The notes under the pieces: model-generated | What the model was told of the DNA's origin: nothing | Databases searched by the model: none | Seen by the model: the letters and a program-made list of their open reading frames with translations, nothing else | Shown here: piece after piece, positions 55,821 to 64,000 of the stretch | How positions within the stretch are numbered: position 1 is the first letter of the stretch | How the letters are laid out: the number at the start of each line of letters is the position of its first letter | Position numbers and translations under genes: made by a program | DNA from: Candidatus Latescibacterota bacterium | GTDB lineage: Bacteria > Latescibacterota > UBA2968 > UBA8231 | DNA: 64,000 nucleotides | Direction: 5' to 3' | Assembly: GCA_965206595.1 (NCBI GenBank) | Contig: OZ242214.1 | Location: 4,768,001-4,832,000, forward strand

Positions 55821-57053
55821 ATGACGGAAACGTCCACGACATCTGAGTTCGATCCAAGGATCATCACCCGGGTCGCTCTGCGAAACTACAAGAGCATCGC
55901 CGCCTGCGACGTCGAGCTAACGCCGCTGACGATCCTGGTGGGCGCAAACGGCGCCGGCAAGAGCAACTTCCTCGACGCCCTCCGCTTTACCGCCCAGGCC
56001 CTGCGCTTCTCCCTGGATCACGCCCTGCACGAGCGCGGCGGCATCAACGAAGTCCGGCGGAGGTCCCGAGGTCATCCGAATCACTTCGGCGTCCGTCTCA
56101 ATTTCCGGCTTCCGGAGGCAACTGGCTGGTACGTGTTCGAAGTAGGCGCCCGGCCGAAAGGGCGCTACGTCGTGCGGAAAGAAGAGTGCGTGGTCAAGTC
56201 CGCGGACAGCGACCGGACGGGACTCTTCCGGGTAGAGAACGGGCGTCCGATCACCACTTCATTCGCCCATCCGCCCGGGGCGGGAGACGACCGTCTCTAC
56301 CTCATGCAGGTAGCCGGTTACCCGGCGTTCCGTCCTGTCTACGACGCGCTCGCCGGGATGGGTTTCTACAACATCCATCCCGAACAAGTCCGGGATCTGC
56401 AGTCCCCGGATCCCGGCGACCTCCTCAAGCCAGACGGAAGCAATATCGCCAGCGTGCTCGCGAACCTGAAGTCCGAGGCGCCGGAGAGTGCGGCGCGCGT
56501 CGGTAAGTATCTCTCCAAGGTAGTCCCGGGAACGGTGGACGTGGAGTCGAAGACGGTGGGACCCAAGCTGACGTTGGAGTTTCGCCAGGAAGTCCGCGGC
56601 GACCCTCATCCCTGGCGTTTCCTCGCCAACAACGTTTCGGACGGAACGTTGCGCGTTCTCGGAGTGCTCATTGCCCTCTACCAGGGCGCCGGCATGGAGT
56701 CGGGAAAAGCGAAGCTGATCGGCATCGAAGAGCCGGAGGGCTCCCTCCATCCAGCCGCAGCGGGTGTGCTGACCGACGTGCTGCGCGAGGGGAGCGAACG
56801 CGCGCAAGTGATCGTCGCCAGCCACAGCGCGGACCTTCTGGATCGGGAGACAATTCCGTTGGAATCCATCCTGGCCGTGGTCTCGGAGGATGGAGAGACG
56901 CGGCTAGCCCCGCTGGACGAGACGAGTCGGGCCATGCTTCGAGACCATCTTTTCACTGCAGGTGAGCTGCTACGCATGGATCAGTTGATACCCGATCCCG
57001 CGCTCTCGAGGCCGAACCAGCTAAGTATGTTCGGCGGCGAAACTGACACCTGA
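55821..57053 (+). CDS. ABC-type (AAA_21-like) ATPase
   Basis: NYKSI, GANGAGKSN, signature VSDGT, Walker B IEEPE..LHP, ASHS. Confidence 0.88.
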   Translation: MTETSTTSEFDPRIITRVALRNYKSIAACDVELTPLTILVGANGAGKSNFLDALRFTAQALRFSLDHALHERGGINEVRRRSRGHPNHFGVRLNFRLPEATGWYVFEVGARPKGRYVVRKEECVVKSADSDRTGLFRVENGRPITTSFAHPPGAGDDRLYLMQVAGYPAFRPVYDALAGMGFYNIHPEQVRDLQSPDPGDLLKPDGSNIASVLANLKSEAPESAARVGKYLSKVVPGTVDVESKTVGPKLTLEFRQEVRGDPHPWRFLANNVSDGTLRVLGVLIALYQGAGMESGKAKLIGIEEPEGSLHPAAAGVLTDVLREGSERAQVIVASHSADLLDRETIPLESILAVVSEDGETRLAPLDETSRAMLRDHLFTAGELLRMDQLIPDPALSRPNQLSMFGGETDT

Positions 57054-57054
57054 C

Positions 57055-57627
57055 ATGGTGAAAATCGCCGCTATTGTCGAAGGGGACGGCGAAGTGGAGG
57101 CCGTCCCCGTGTTGATTCGGCGGATCAGCACGGAAGTTTCCCCACTTGCCCCGCCGAATGTGTTGAGACCGATCCGCGTGCGTCGCCAGAGAATTCTCAA
57201 GGAGGGCGAGCTGGAACGATACATGAGCCTGGCAGCGGCCCGCGTCGGTGACGGGGGTTGCATATTGGTTTTGCTGGACGCCGAGGGAGAATGCCCGGCT
57301 GAACTCGGTCCAGATATCCTGCAACGCGCCCGCGATGCCAGACCGGATCGCCAAATCGAAACAGTGTTGGCGAAGTACGAGTATGAGACCTGGTTTGTGG
57401 CGGCGTCCGAGTCGATCGCAGGCTCGGGGATTTCACAGGATGTATCTCCCCCGCCAAATCCGGAATCCATCCAGGGCGCCAAGGAGTGGCTACGCCGAAT
57501 GCTTCCGGCCTACAGTCCGACAGCTGATCAAGCTGCCTTGACCGCTCGCTTTGACATGGAGCTGGCGCGCCAACGCTCCCCCTCATTTGACAAGATGTGG
57601 CGGGCGGTGGCCAAGCTGTTGCAATGA
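57055..57627 (+). CDS. DUF4276 family (TOPRIM-like) protein
   Basis: IVEGDGE..AVP.LIRR, VLLDAE..CP, EYETWF.A, PE....AK.WL, Y....DQ, SPSF; 1 bp after the ATPase. Confidence 0.8.
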   Translation: MVKIAAIVEGDGEVEAVPVLIRRISTEVSPLAPPNVLRPIRVRRQRILKEGELERYMSLAAARVGDGGCILVLLDAEGECPAELGPDILQRARDARPDRQIETVLAKYEYETWFVAASESIAGSGISQDVSPPPNPESIQGAKEWLRRMLPAYSPTADQAALTARFDMELARQRSPSFDKMWRAVAKLLQ

Positions 57628-57759
57628 CCTTTCGCATTGGGGCATTTGCCGGCGGCGCAAGGCTATGCGACCGGAGAAACGGCGGTGAAACCGACCTACC
57701 TGGAATTCTAGTCCGGTTCCATCGACTCATCGAAGCCAACCCCGATACAGGAAGTCCTC

Positions 57760-60700
57760 GTGACTGACAAACCCCCGAACCGCCAACCCGGTAGCTCTGC
57801 CGAAGTACGCAAACGCCTGATTGAGGCCCTGAATCTCGATCTGGTTGGGCCCTGGGTCGGCCACTCCCTGGCCGACGAGCGCCTTCCAGGATGGCGGCGG
57901 CCATCGAACTGGTACCTGGCCGGTTTTTTGATCCCGTCTGGGTCCGCAGCTGATACGAGCGCCGACGCGGACGAAGATGACGACATGGACGGGGAAGTCC
58001 CGGAGTCCGCTGGCCTTGCCGAAGAGTCGACCGAGGAAAAGAAAGCTGCCAAGAAGGGTTATTTCCCTTCCTCCATGGGCTTGAGCTTCCTCGTCCCGGA
58101 AGACGCGGACTCGGTGGAGGTGGCCGTCTCCTGGGGCGACTACGCCCCGGAGGAAGTCGAAGATGACGGCGGCAAGGCCCTGTCCGTCTGGCAGCGGACC
58201 CCCCGCCTGGAGGTGCTCACCCTGAAGCTCACCGAATCCGACGATCCTGTTGTCTGCGATGTCCCTGAGTCCGGCGGTCTCCTGCTCCATGTTGTCGAGC
58301 GCAAGGTCGTCGCACAGGACCTCGAGAAACACATCCCTCCGGGAACGCGGTCGGTTTCGGTTTTCCTGGTCAACAACCGGACCCCTGTGGAGGCCGATGC
58401 AGACCGCGCCTATGTCTTTCAGCCTGAGCTCAAAGTGAGCGGTAGACGCCCGTTTGTCCCGCGGCCGGACCTGCGGGGAACGCGCGCCGATCGCTGGGAT
58501 GATCGAGTGGCCGACCTCCACTACGCGGACACCCCCTCGTACGCTACCGGCCACGGCGTATCGGCAGACTGGGAGATCATCGACGGCGAGTGCCGTCTCC
58601 TGCGGACCGCGTGGATCCCCCGTGCCGAGGTGGAAAAGACGGAGACCGCCGAAGTGCCGGGGGTCGAGTTGACGATGGAGGCACTTGGCTCGCTGCCCGA
58701 CGGGGCGGCAGCCGAGGACGCTCTACGGCCGCTCGTCGACCAGTACCGCACCTGGGGCGAAGCGAGGCAGGCGGAACTCGAGGATTTGGAGGGAACTCGC
58801 CGTGAGACAGCAGCGGAGCTGCTGCGGTTGGCCGACCTCGCGGCTGACCGGATCGAGCGCGGGATCGCGGTATTGGCGGCCGACGAAGACGCGCTCGATG
58901 CATTCCGGGTGGCTAACCGGGCGGTGGCGCGGGCGCTGCGCCAGCGTCTGGGCATCGAAGAGCCGGGCTGGCGGGCGTTTCAGCTCGCCTTCATCCTGCT
59001 GAATCTCCCCGGGCTGATTGACCCGGCCGACAAGGATCGCGAGACGGTGGACCTGCTGTTCTTCCCCACCGGCGGCGGCAAGACCGAAGCCTATCTCGGC
59101 CTTGCGGCGTTTGCCATGGTGCTGAGAAGACTGCGCCATCCGGATGCGCAGGGATGTGCGGCCGCCGGGGTGAGCGTGATCATGCGCTATACCCTGCGAC
59201 TTCTGACCCTCGATCAGCTCGCGCGCGCCTCGGGTCTGGTCTGTGCACTGGAGCTGGAACGTGCCGAGGCGGGAGGCCGCTACGGCGACTGGCCCTTCGA
59301 GATCGGGCTCTGGGTAGGCAAGGCGGCAACACCCAACCTTCTCGGAAAAAAAGGGGACGGCCGCTCGGATTCCGCGCGCACCAAGGTGAGGCAGTACAAA
59401 GCAGACCCAAGAGGAAAGCCGTCGCCGGTCCCGTTGGAGAGCTGCCCCTGGTGCGGAGATCCGTTCGGACCGGACTCGTTCGCGCTGCTGCCCAACGATG
59501 ACCAGCCGCGCGAGCTGCGGATCGTGTGCATGAACTTCGAGTGCGACTTCAGCGGTGACCGTGCATTGCCGATCCTGGCCGTCGACGAGCCGATCTACCG
59601 GCGGCTGCCCGCCTTTCTGATCGCCACGGTGGACAAGTTCGCATCGCTGCCCTGGATGGGACCCTCCGGCGCACTTCTGGGCGGAGCCGACCGATATGAC
59701 GGGAGCGGCTTCTACGGCGCCACCGACACGGGAAGAGGAACCCGGCTGCCTGCCCCGCTGCTGCCGCCCGACCTGGTGATCCAGGACGAGCTGCACCTGA
59801 TCTCCGGGCCATTGGGAACGATGGCCGGGCTGTACGAAGCGGCGATCGAAGCGCTGTGTGTGCGCGGGACCGGAGGGAATGCCGTCCGGCCCAAGATCGT
59901 CGCCTCCACGGCCACTGTAAGGCAGGCGCAGGACCAGATCCAGGCGCTCTTCGGCCGCTCGCTGACACAGGTTTTCCCCGCCCCCGGCCCGGATCGGCGC
60001 GACTCCTTCTTCGCGCGCACGGCGACCTCCAATGTGCCCGGCCGGGTATACGTTGGGATCGCGGCCCAGGGCCGGAACCCCAAGGTGATCATGCGCAGGG
60101 CCTGGCTGGCGCTGATGGGAACCGCCCAGAAGGCCTACGTGGAAGCGGGAGGGCGCCCCAACAAGGAGAACCCCGCCGACCCGTACATGACGGTGCTGGG
60201 CTACTTCAACAGCCTTAAGGAGCTGGGCGGCGCCCGGCGCATTCTCGAAGAGGAAATCCAGAACACCATCAAGGGCTACGGAATCCGCAAGCGAATCGGC
60301 GAGACGACCGGGCTGTTCCGGGACCGGAGGACCTTCTCCGAAGTGTTGGAGCTGACGTCGCGCGTCTCCACGGACAAGGTGGCCGAGGCCCGCCGCCGGC
60401 TGGAGTGCGGCTTCCACGAGAATGACCGCGTCGACTGCGCAATCGCCACCAACATGATCTCCGTGGGACTGGACATCCAACGGCTCGGCCTGATGGTCGT
60501 GCTGGGGCAGCCCCTGCGCCACGACGAGTACATCCAGGCCACGAGCCGCATCGGTCGCGACGACGAACGGCCGGGCCTGGTGGTGAGTCTGCTCAACATC
60601 CACAAGCCCCGGGACCGCTCTCACTACGAGCGGTTCCGTCACTACCACGAGACCTTCTACCGCTCCGTCGAGGTCGGCAGCGTCACGCCGTTTTCCGCGC

Positions 60701-61167
60701 GCGCCCTGGACCGGGGGTTCGCCGGGGCCCTGGTAACGCTCGCTCGACACGGGCGGCCAGAGCTGACACCGGCATTGGAGGTGAAGCGGATCGGCGAGGT
60801 GCGCGCGGAGTTGGAACGCTTGCTGCTCGATGCCTTCCTCGAACGGGTGCGGCAGCAGCCGATCACCGACGAGGAAGAGCGCGAGCAGTATTTGCGCAGC
60901 GTGCAGAACCGCGTCGTCGACCTGCTCGACTCCTGGACCAAGGTGATCGACGACTACCGGTCGGCCGGAGTCGAGGTCCAGTATCAGCGCTACGAAATCC
61001 CGGGGCTCCGGCATCCCCGGCCGCTGCTTCGCGAAATCCTGGACAAGGAATTCGAAACCGAGCATCACGCGAAGTTCCGGGCCAACCGTTCCATGAGAGA
61101 TGTCGAACCCAGCGTAAACCTGTTCCTGGAAGACCTTGGTGGATTCCGGAGAAAAGCGGACAGATGA
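57760..61167 (+). CDS. drmA: DISARM SF2 helicase DrmA
   Basis: FPTGGGKTEAY, MRYTLRLLT.DQ, CPWC zinc motif, QDELH, ASTAT, QATSRIGR. Confidence 0.92.
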   Translation: MTDKPPNRQPGSSAEVRKRLIEALNLDLVGPWVGHSLADERLPGWRRPSNWYLAGFLIPSGSAADTSADADEDDDMDGEVPESAGLAEESTEEKKAAKKGYFPSSMGLSFLVPEDADSVEVAVSWGDYAPEEVEDDGGKALSVWQRTPRLEVLTLKLTESDDPVVCDVPESGGLLLHVVERKVVAQDLEKHIPPGTRSVSVFLVNNRTPVEADADRAYVFQPELKVSGRRPFVPRPDLRGTRADRWDDRVADLHYADTPSYATGHGVSADWEIIDGECRLLRTAWIPRAEVEKTETAEVPGVELTMEALGSLPDGAAAEDALRPLVDQYRTWGEARQAELEDLEGTRRETAAELLRLADLAADRIERGIAVLAADEDALDAFRVANRAVARALRQRLGIEEPGWRAFQLAFILLNLPGLIDPADKDRETVDLLFFPTGGGKTEAYLGLAAFAMVLRRLRHPDAQGCAAAGVSVIMRYTLRLLTLDQLARASGLVCALELERAEAGGRYGDWPFEIGLWVGKAATPNLLGKKGDGRSDSARTKVRQYKADPRGKPSPVPLESCPWCGDPFGPDSFALLPNDDQPRELRIVCMNFECDFSGDRALPILAVDEPIYRRLPAFLIATVDKFASLPWMGPSGALLGGADRYDGSGFYGATDTGRGTRLPAPLLPPDLVIQDELHLISGPLGTMAGLYEAAIEALCVRGTGGNAVRPKIVASTATVRQAQDQIQALFGRSLTQVFPAPGPDRRDSFFARTATSNVPGRVYVGIAAQGRNPKVIMRRAWLALMGTAQKAYVEAGGRPNKENPADPYMTVLGYFNSLKELGGARRILEEEIQNTIKGYGIRKRIGETTGLFRDRRTFSEVLELTSRVSTDKVAEARRRLECGFHENDRVDCAIATNMISVGLDIQRLGLMVVLGQPLRHDEYIQATSRIGRDDERPGLVVSLLNIHKPRDRSHYERFRHYHETFYRSVEVGSVTPFSARALDRGFAGALVTLARHGRPELTPALEVKRIGEVRAELERLLLDAFLERVRQQPITDEEEREQYLRSVQNRVVDLLDSWTKVIDDYRSAGVEVQYQRYEIPGLRHPRPLLREILDKEFETEHHAKFRANRSMRDVEPSVNLFLEDLGGFRRKADR

Positions 61168-62954
61168 ACCGCGCGCACGGACAGATTCGCAGCAGCCAGG
61201 TGATCACGAGCTACGGGCCCGGGGCACTGATCGACCTGCCCCAGGACTCCGCGATTGTCGGCGGCCTGGAGACCTGGCCGAGGACCGGCGACCTCGAAGA
61301 GATCCAGGAGCCGAGACTGGCGCGGAAAGTCCGGAATATGACCGCTGTGACTGCGCCGAGGCTGTACGCGCCGCCACCGGAATCGACCGACCCGAGCCAG
61401 CCTGTCCGGGGAATCGGTGTCTGGCGCTTTCCCGAGTGGTTCGTGGTGCAGGAAGGGGGAGACGGCGACAAGCCCGAGCAATCGCGCCGGCTTGTGCACC
61501 GGAAGGGATTGGATCAGAGAAGGAGATTCGACGGCCGCGAGGTGGTTGCCACCCGCTTCGTCCGGGCATGTCCCAACGGGCATGTGGACGATCTGGACTG
61601 GTGGTATTTCGTGCATGGGGAGAACGCCGCCTGCAAGAGGCAGTTGTGGCTGGACGAGCGCAGCACCGGGGGGGACCTCGCTGACCTCGTCGTCCGGTGC
61701 GGATGCGGGAAGCGGAGGAGTTTGTCGGAGGCGACGCAGCTGGAGATGAATCCCCTCGGGACCTGCCTGGGGGCCAGGCCCTGGCTGGGCCGCAATGCCA
61801 ACGAGGCCTGCGGTCAGCCGAGCCGGCTGCTGATCCGGACGGCGTCCAACGCCTACTTCCCGCAGGTCGTCAGCGTGCTCTCCCTTCCGGACCGGGGTAG
61901 CGACGTCGGGCAGGCAGTGCGGGAACTGTGGGACGACCTGTCGATCGTCGAGGAGGCCGGCGATCTCGCGTTCGTGAAGAGGAAGCCGAAAAACGCCGAG
62001 GCCCTGGCAGCTTTCGACGACCAGGAAATCCTCCAGGCCATCGAGGAGATCAAGACCGGAAGCAGCGAAGAACGGCCCGTGAAACAGGTGGAGCTGGAGG
62101 CCATCCTCGCGGCCCCCGAGGGGTACGGCGACGACGTGCCGGTCGATCCCGACTTTCACGCCCGGCGTCTTCCCGAGCCGCTGTGGCGCACCTCGGAGTT
62201 CGCCGCCGGGATCGCCGCGGTGATCCAGTTGCACCGGCTGCGGGAAGTGCGGGCGCTGACCGCGTTCTCCCGTTTCGAGGCGGTGATGCCGGACATCAAC
62301 GGCGAGTACGACACCGACGTGGTGCTCGCCCAGCTGGCGGTGGAGCCGGAGTGGTTTCCCGCTACGGAAAACCGCGGCGAGGGCATCTTCCTGCAGCTTC
62401 GCCCGGAGGCGGTGCGGTCATGGCTCGCCAGAGATGCCGTCCGGCAACGGCTGGATCAGTTGGAAAGCGGACACCGGCGCTGGATGGAGGAGCGGCAGTC
62501 GGAGAGATCCTTTCCGGGAGGTCCGTACCTGCTTCTCCACACGCTGTCCCATCTGATGATCCAGTCGCTGGCCATGCGCTGCGGATATCCTGCAAGCTCG
62601 ATCCGCGAACGGGTCTACGTCGGCGGTGCGGGCGAGGACTACGGCCTGCTCCTCTACACCGCGAGCCCGGACGCGGAAGGGACCCTCGGCGGCCTGGTCC
62701 AGCAGGGCCGGCACATCGAGGACCACCTGTTCCAGGCGCTTCTCATGAGCGAGCTGTGCTCGAACGACCCGATCTGCGCACACCACCAGCCGGGAGAGAG
62801 CATCGAAGGGAGATTGCTTCACGGTGCGGCCTGCCATGGATGCGCCCTCGTGGCGGAGACCTCCTGCGAGATGCGGAACGACTACCTGGACCGCGCCCTC
62901 GTCGTGCCGGTAATGGGAGTGCCGGACGCGGCCTTCTTCGAGCCGCCCGGGTGA
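61164..62954 (+). CDS. drmB: DISARM DrmB (DUF1998)
   Basis: R.SQVIT.YGPG, LHTLSHL, GTLGGL, CSNDP.C...ACHGC...ETSCE; 4-bp overlap with drmA. Confidence 0.92.
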   Translation: MNRAHGQIRSSQVITSYGPGALIDLPQDSAIVGGLETWPRTGDLEEIQEPRLARKVRNMTAVTAPRLYAPPPESTDPSQPVRGIGVWRFPEWFVVQEGGDGDKPEQSRRLVHRKGLDQRRRFDGREVVATRFVRACPNGHVDDLDWWYFVHGENAACKRQLWLDERSTGGDLADLVVRCGCGKRRSLSEATQLEMNPLGTCLGARPWLGRNANEACGQPSRLLIRTASNAYFPQVVSVLSLPDRGSDVGQAVRELWDDLSIVEEAGDLAFVKRKPKNAEALAAFDDQEILQAIEEIKTGSSEERPVKQVELEAILAAPEGYGDDVPVDPDFHARRLPEPLWRTSEFAAGIAAVIQLHRLREVRALTAFSRFEAVMPDINGEYDTDVVLAQLAVEPEWFPATENRGEGIFLQLRPEAVRSWLARDAVRQRLDQLESGHRRWMEERQSERSFPGGPYLLLHTLSHLMIQSLAMRCGYPASSIRERVYVGGAGEDYGLLLYTASPDAEGTLGGLVQQGRHIEDHLFQALLMSELCSNDPICAHHQPGESIEGRLLHGAACHGCALVAETSCEMRNDYLDRALVVPVMGVPDAAFFEPPG

Positions 62955-63733
62955 CGGAGTCCCTGTTTCGGTTACCGGCCCACGTGCGCCGCGGCCTGGC
63001 GAGCGCACTCGAGTCGGGCATGCTGCCGCTTCCCTGCACACCTGCCGCAGTCAATTCGGTACTCAATCTGCGCGAGGGAGCGGAGGACGTGATCGCAGTA
63101 GTGGAGGAGTTGAGCGCCAATGGGATTGACGGGAAAGCGGCAGGTGCCTGGATCCGAACAGTCGAGGAAGCAGTAGCGCGCGTGCCTGCGCCCGACCTCG
63201 TCTGGTCGGGCCCGGAAGTGCCAGGATTGCACGCCAGGGACACCCGCCGGGTGTACGAGGAACTGCTGGGACAGGCGGCGAAATCGGTGTGGGCGTCGAC
63301 TTTCGCGTACTTCGACGGACAGCGGGCCTTCGAGGTGCTGGCGCGGCGGATGGACGAGGTTGGCAGCTTGCAGGTGAAGCTGCTGCTCAACATCCAGCGG
63401 GGCGTCAGGGATACCACTGAGCAGGAACATCTGGTGCGGCGGTTCGCCGACCGGTTCTGGTCCGAGGACTGGCCGGGAGAGCGCCGTCCGGAGGTGTTCT
63501 ACGATCCCAGGTCGCTCCAGCCGGACGGCCCGGCGGGGGTGCTGCATGCCAAGGCGGTGGTGGCCGATGAGGAGACGGTGTTCATCACCTCGGCGAACCT
63601 GACCGAGGCGGCGCTGGACCGGAACATCGAAATGGGGCTGGTGGTGCGGGACCGCGCCCTGGCGGCGAGTGTGACGAGGCATTTCCGGGGGCTGATCGAG
63701 CGGGGATTGTTGCGGGCGTTGCCGCGGGATTGA
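62951..63733 (+). CDS. drmC: DISARM phospholipase-D-like nuclease DrmC
   Basis: GTG overlaps the drmB stop; LVWSGP, LHAKAVVAD (HKD), TSANLT, N.E.G. Confidence 0.9.
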   Translation: MTESLFRLPAHVRRGLASALESGMLPLPCTPAAVNSVLNLREGAEDVIAVVEELSANGIDGKAAGAWIRTVEEAVARVPAPDLVWSGPEVPGLHARDTRRVYEELLGQAAKSVWASTFAYFDGQRAFEVLARRMDEVGSLQVKLLLNIQRGVRDTTEQEHLVRRFADRFWSEDWPGERRPEVFYDPRSLQPDGPAGVLHAKAVVADEETVFITSANLTEAALDRNIEMGLVVRDRALAASVTRHFRGLIERGLLRALPRD

Positions 63734-63864
63734 TCCCGAGGGCCGCTGTTCGGACCGCATATTCAGCATTTCGCCGTTCACCTTCCTTGTAAAAAGCAAC
63801 CCAACTTGATACCCCGGGCGGGCTGCAATAACCTGTTGCCTCCCCAACCCACGGGAGAAATCGC

Positions 63865-64000
63865 ATGCACTGGAGAAGAGCCGGCGCCCTTCTGGCGGTT
63901 CTGTGCGCCGGCGTTCCGCACCCCACCCCGGGAGATTCAGACGTGAGCTCGGTTACACGGGATACCTTGGGAACGATGAGCGACGGCCGCGCCGTCGACC
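63865..64000 (+). CDS. 5' end of an exported protein, possibly aldose 1-epimerase; partial
   Basis: GGGAGA RBS; MHWRRAGALLAVLCAG signal-like segment, then VTRDTLGTMSDGRAVD resembling the GalM N-terminus. Confidence 0.4.
   Translation, partial: MHWRRAGALLAVLCAGVPHPTPGDSDVSSVTRDTLGTMSDGRAVD

Noticed and set aside
57010-57040. QLSMF clamp-like motif at the ABC ATPase C-terminus
   Set aside because: A non-consensus short motif that could easily arise by chance; not supportable without conservation data.
92-63926. Many long antisense or alternate-frame ORFs in the track (for example 92..1048, 37575..40187, 41449..43560, 58723..61068)
   Set aside because: Shadow ORFs expected at high GC; they overlap well-supported genes and have no recognisable motifs.

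Overview
High-GC bacterial chromosomal window in four parts. (1) 1-9.2 kb: a partial TPR-rich membrane-anchored gene, a ZIP metal transporter and a truncated CDF transporter. The divergent region between the two transporters holds an IS701-like element that was itself hit by an IS66 and an IS5 element (terminal repeats and target duplications all readable), followed by an IS1380 that abuts trxB. (2) 9.2-36 kb: mostly housekeeping and catabolic genes (trxB, CehA/McbA-like hydrolase, C45 peptidase, frameshifted quinone oxidoreductase, zapA, phosphohexomutase, DUF62, FN3/NHL lipoprotein, TPR, infA, class I LysRS, fxsA, comEC, THUMP methyltransferase, phosphodiesterase, GNAT, Nramp-like transporter, Ldh_2, M29 aminopeptidase, SDR), plus a small Schlafen/AlbA + Fic islet. 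(3) 36-40 kb: an NHEJ operon (ligD-ku-TPR). (4) 40.2-63.7 kb: a complete class I DISARM system (drmD, drmMI, drmA, drmB, drmC). About 10 kb of co-oriented, defence-like cargo lies between drmMI and drmA: a GNAT-PIN-GNAT-EVE/ASCH gene split by one amber codon, an ASCH gene, a small ART-like gene paired with a DUF6575-like gene, an orphan DarG-type macrodomain, a TM effector with a broken ThsB-like TIR, an AAA/PD-(D/E)XK gene and an ABC-ATPase + DUF4276 pair. Short relics of lost genes and a diverged copy of the drmA 5' end sit at the cassette junctions. No rRNA, tRNA or CRISPR array was recognised. All family calls come from motif recognition by eye; no database searches were run.
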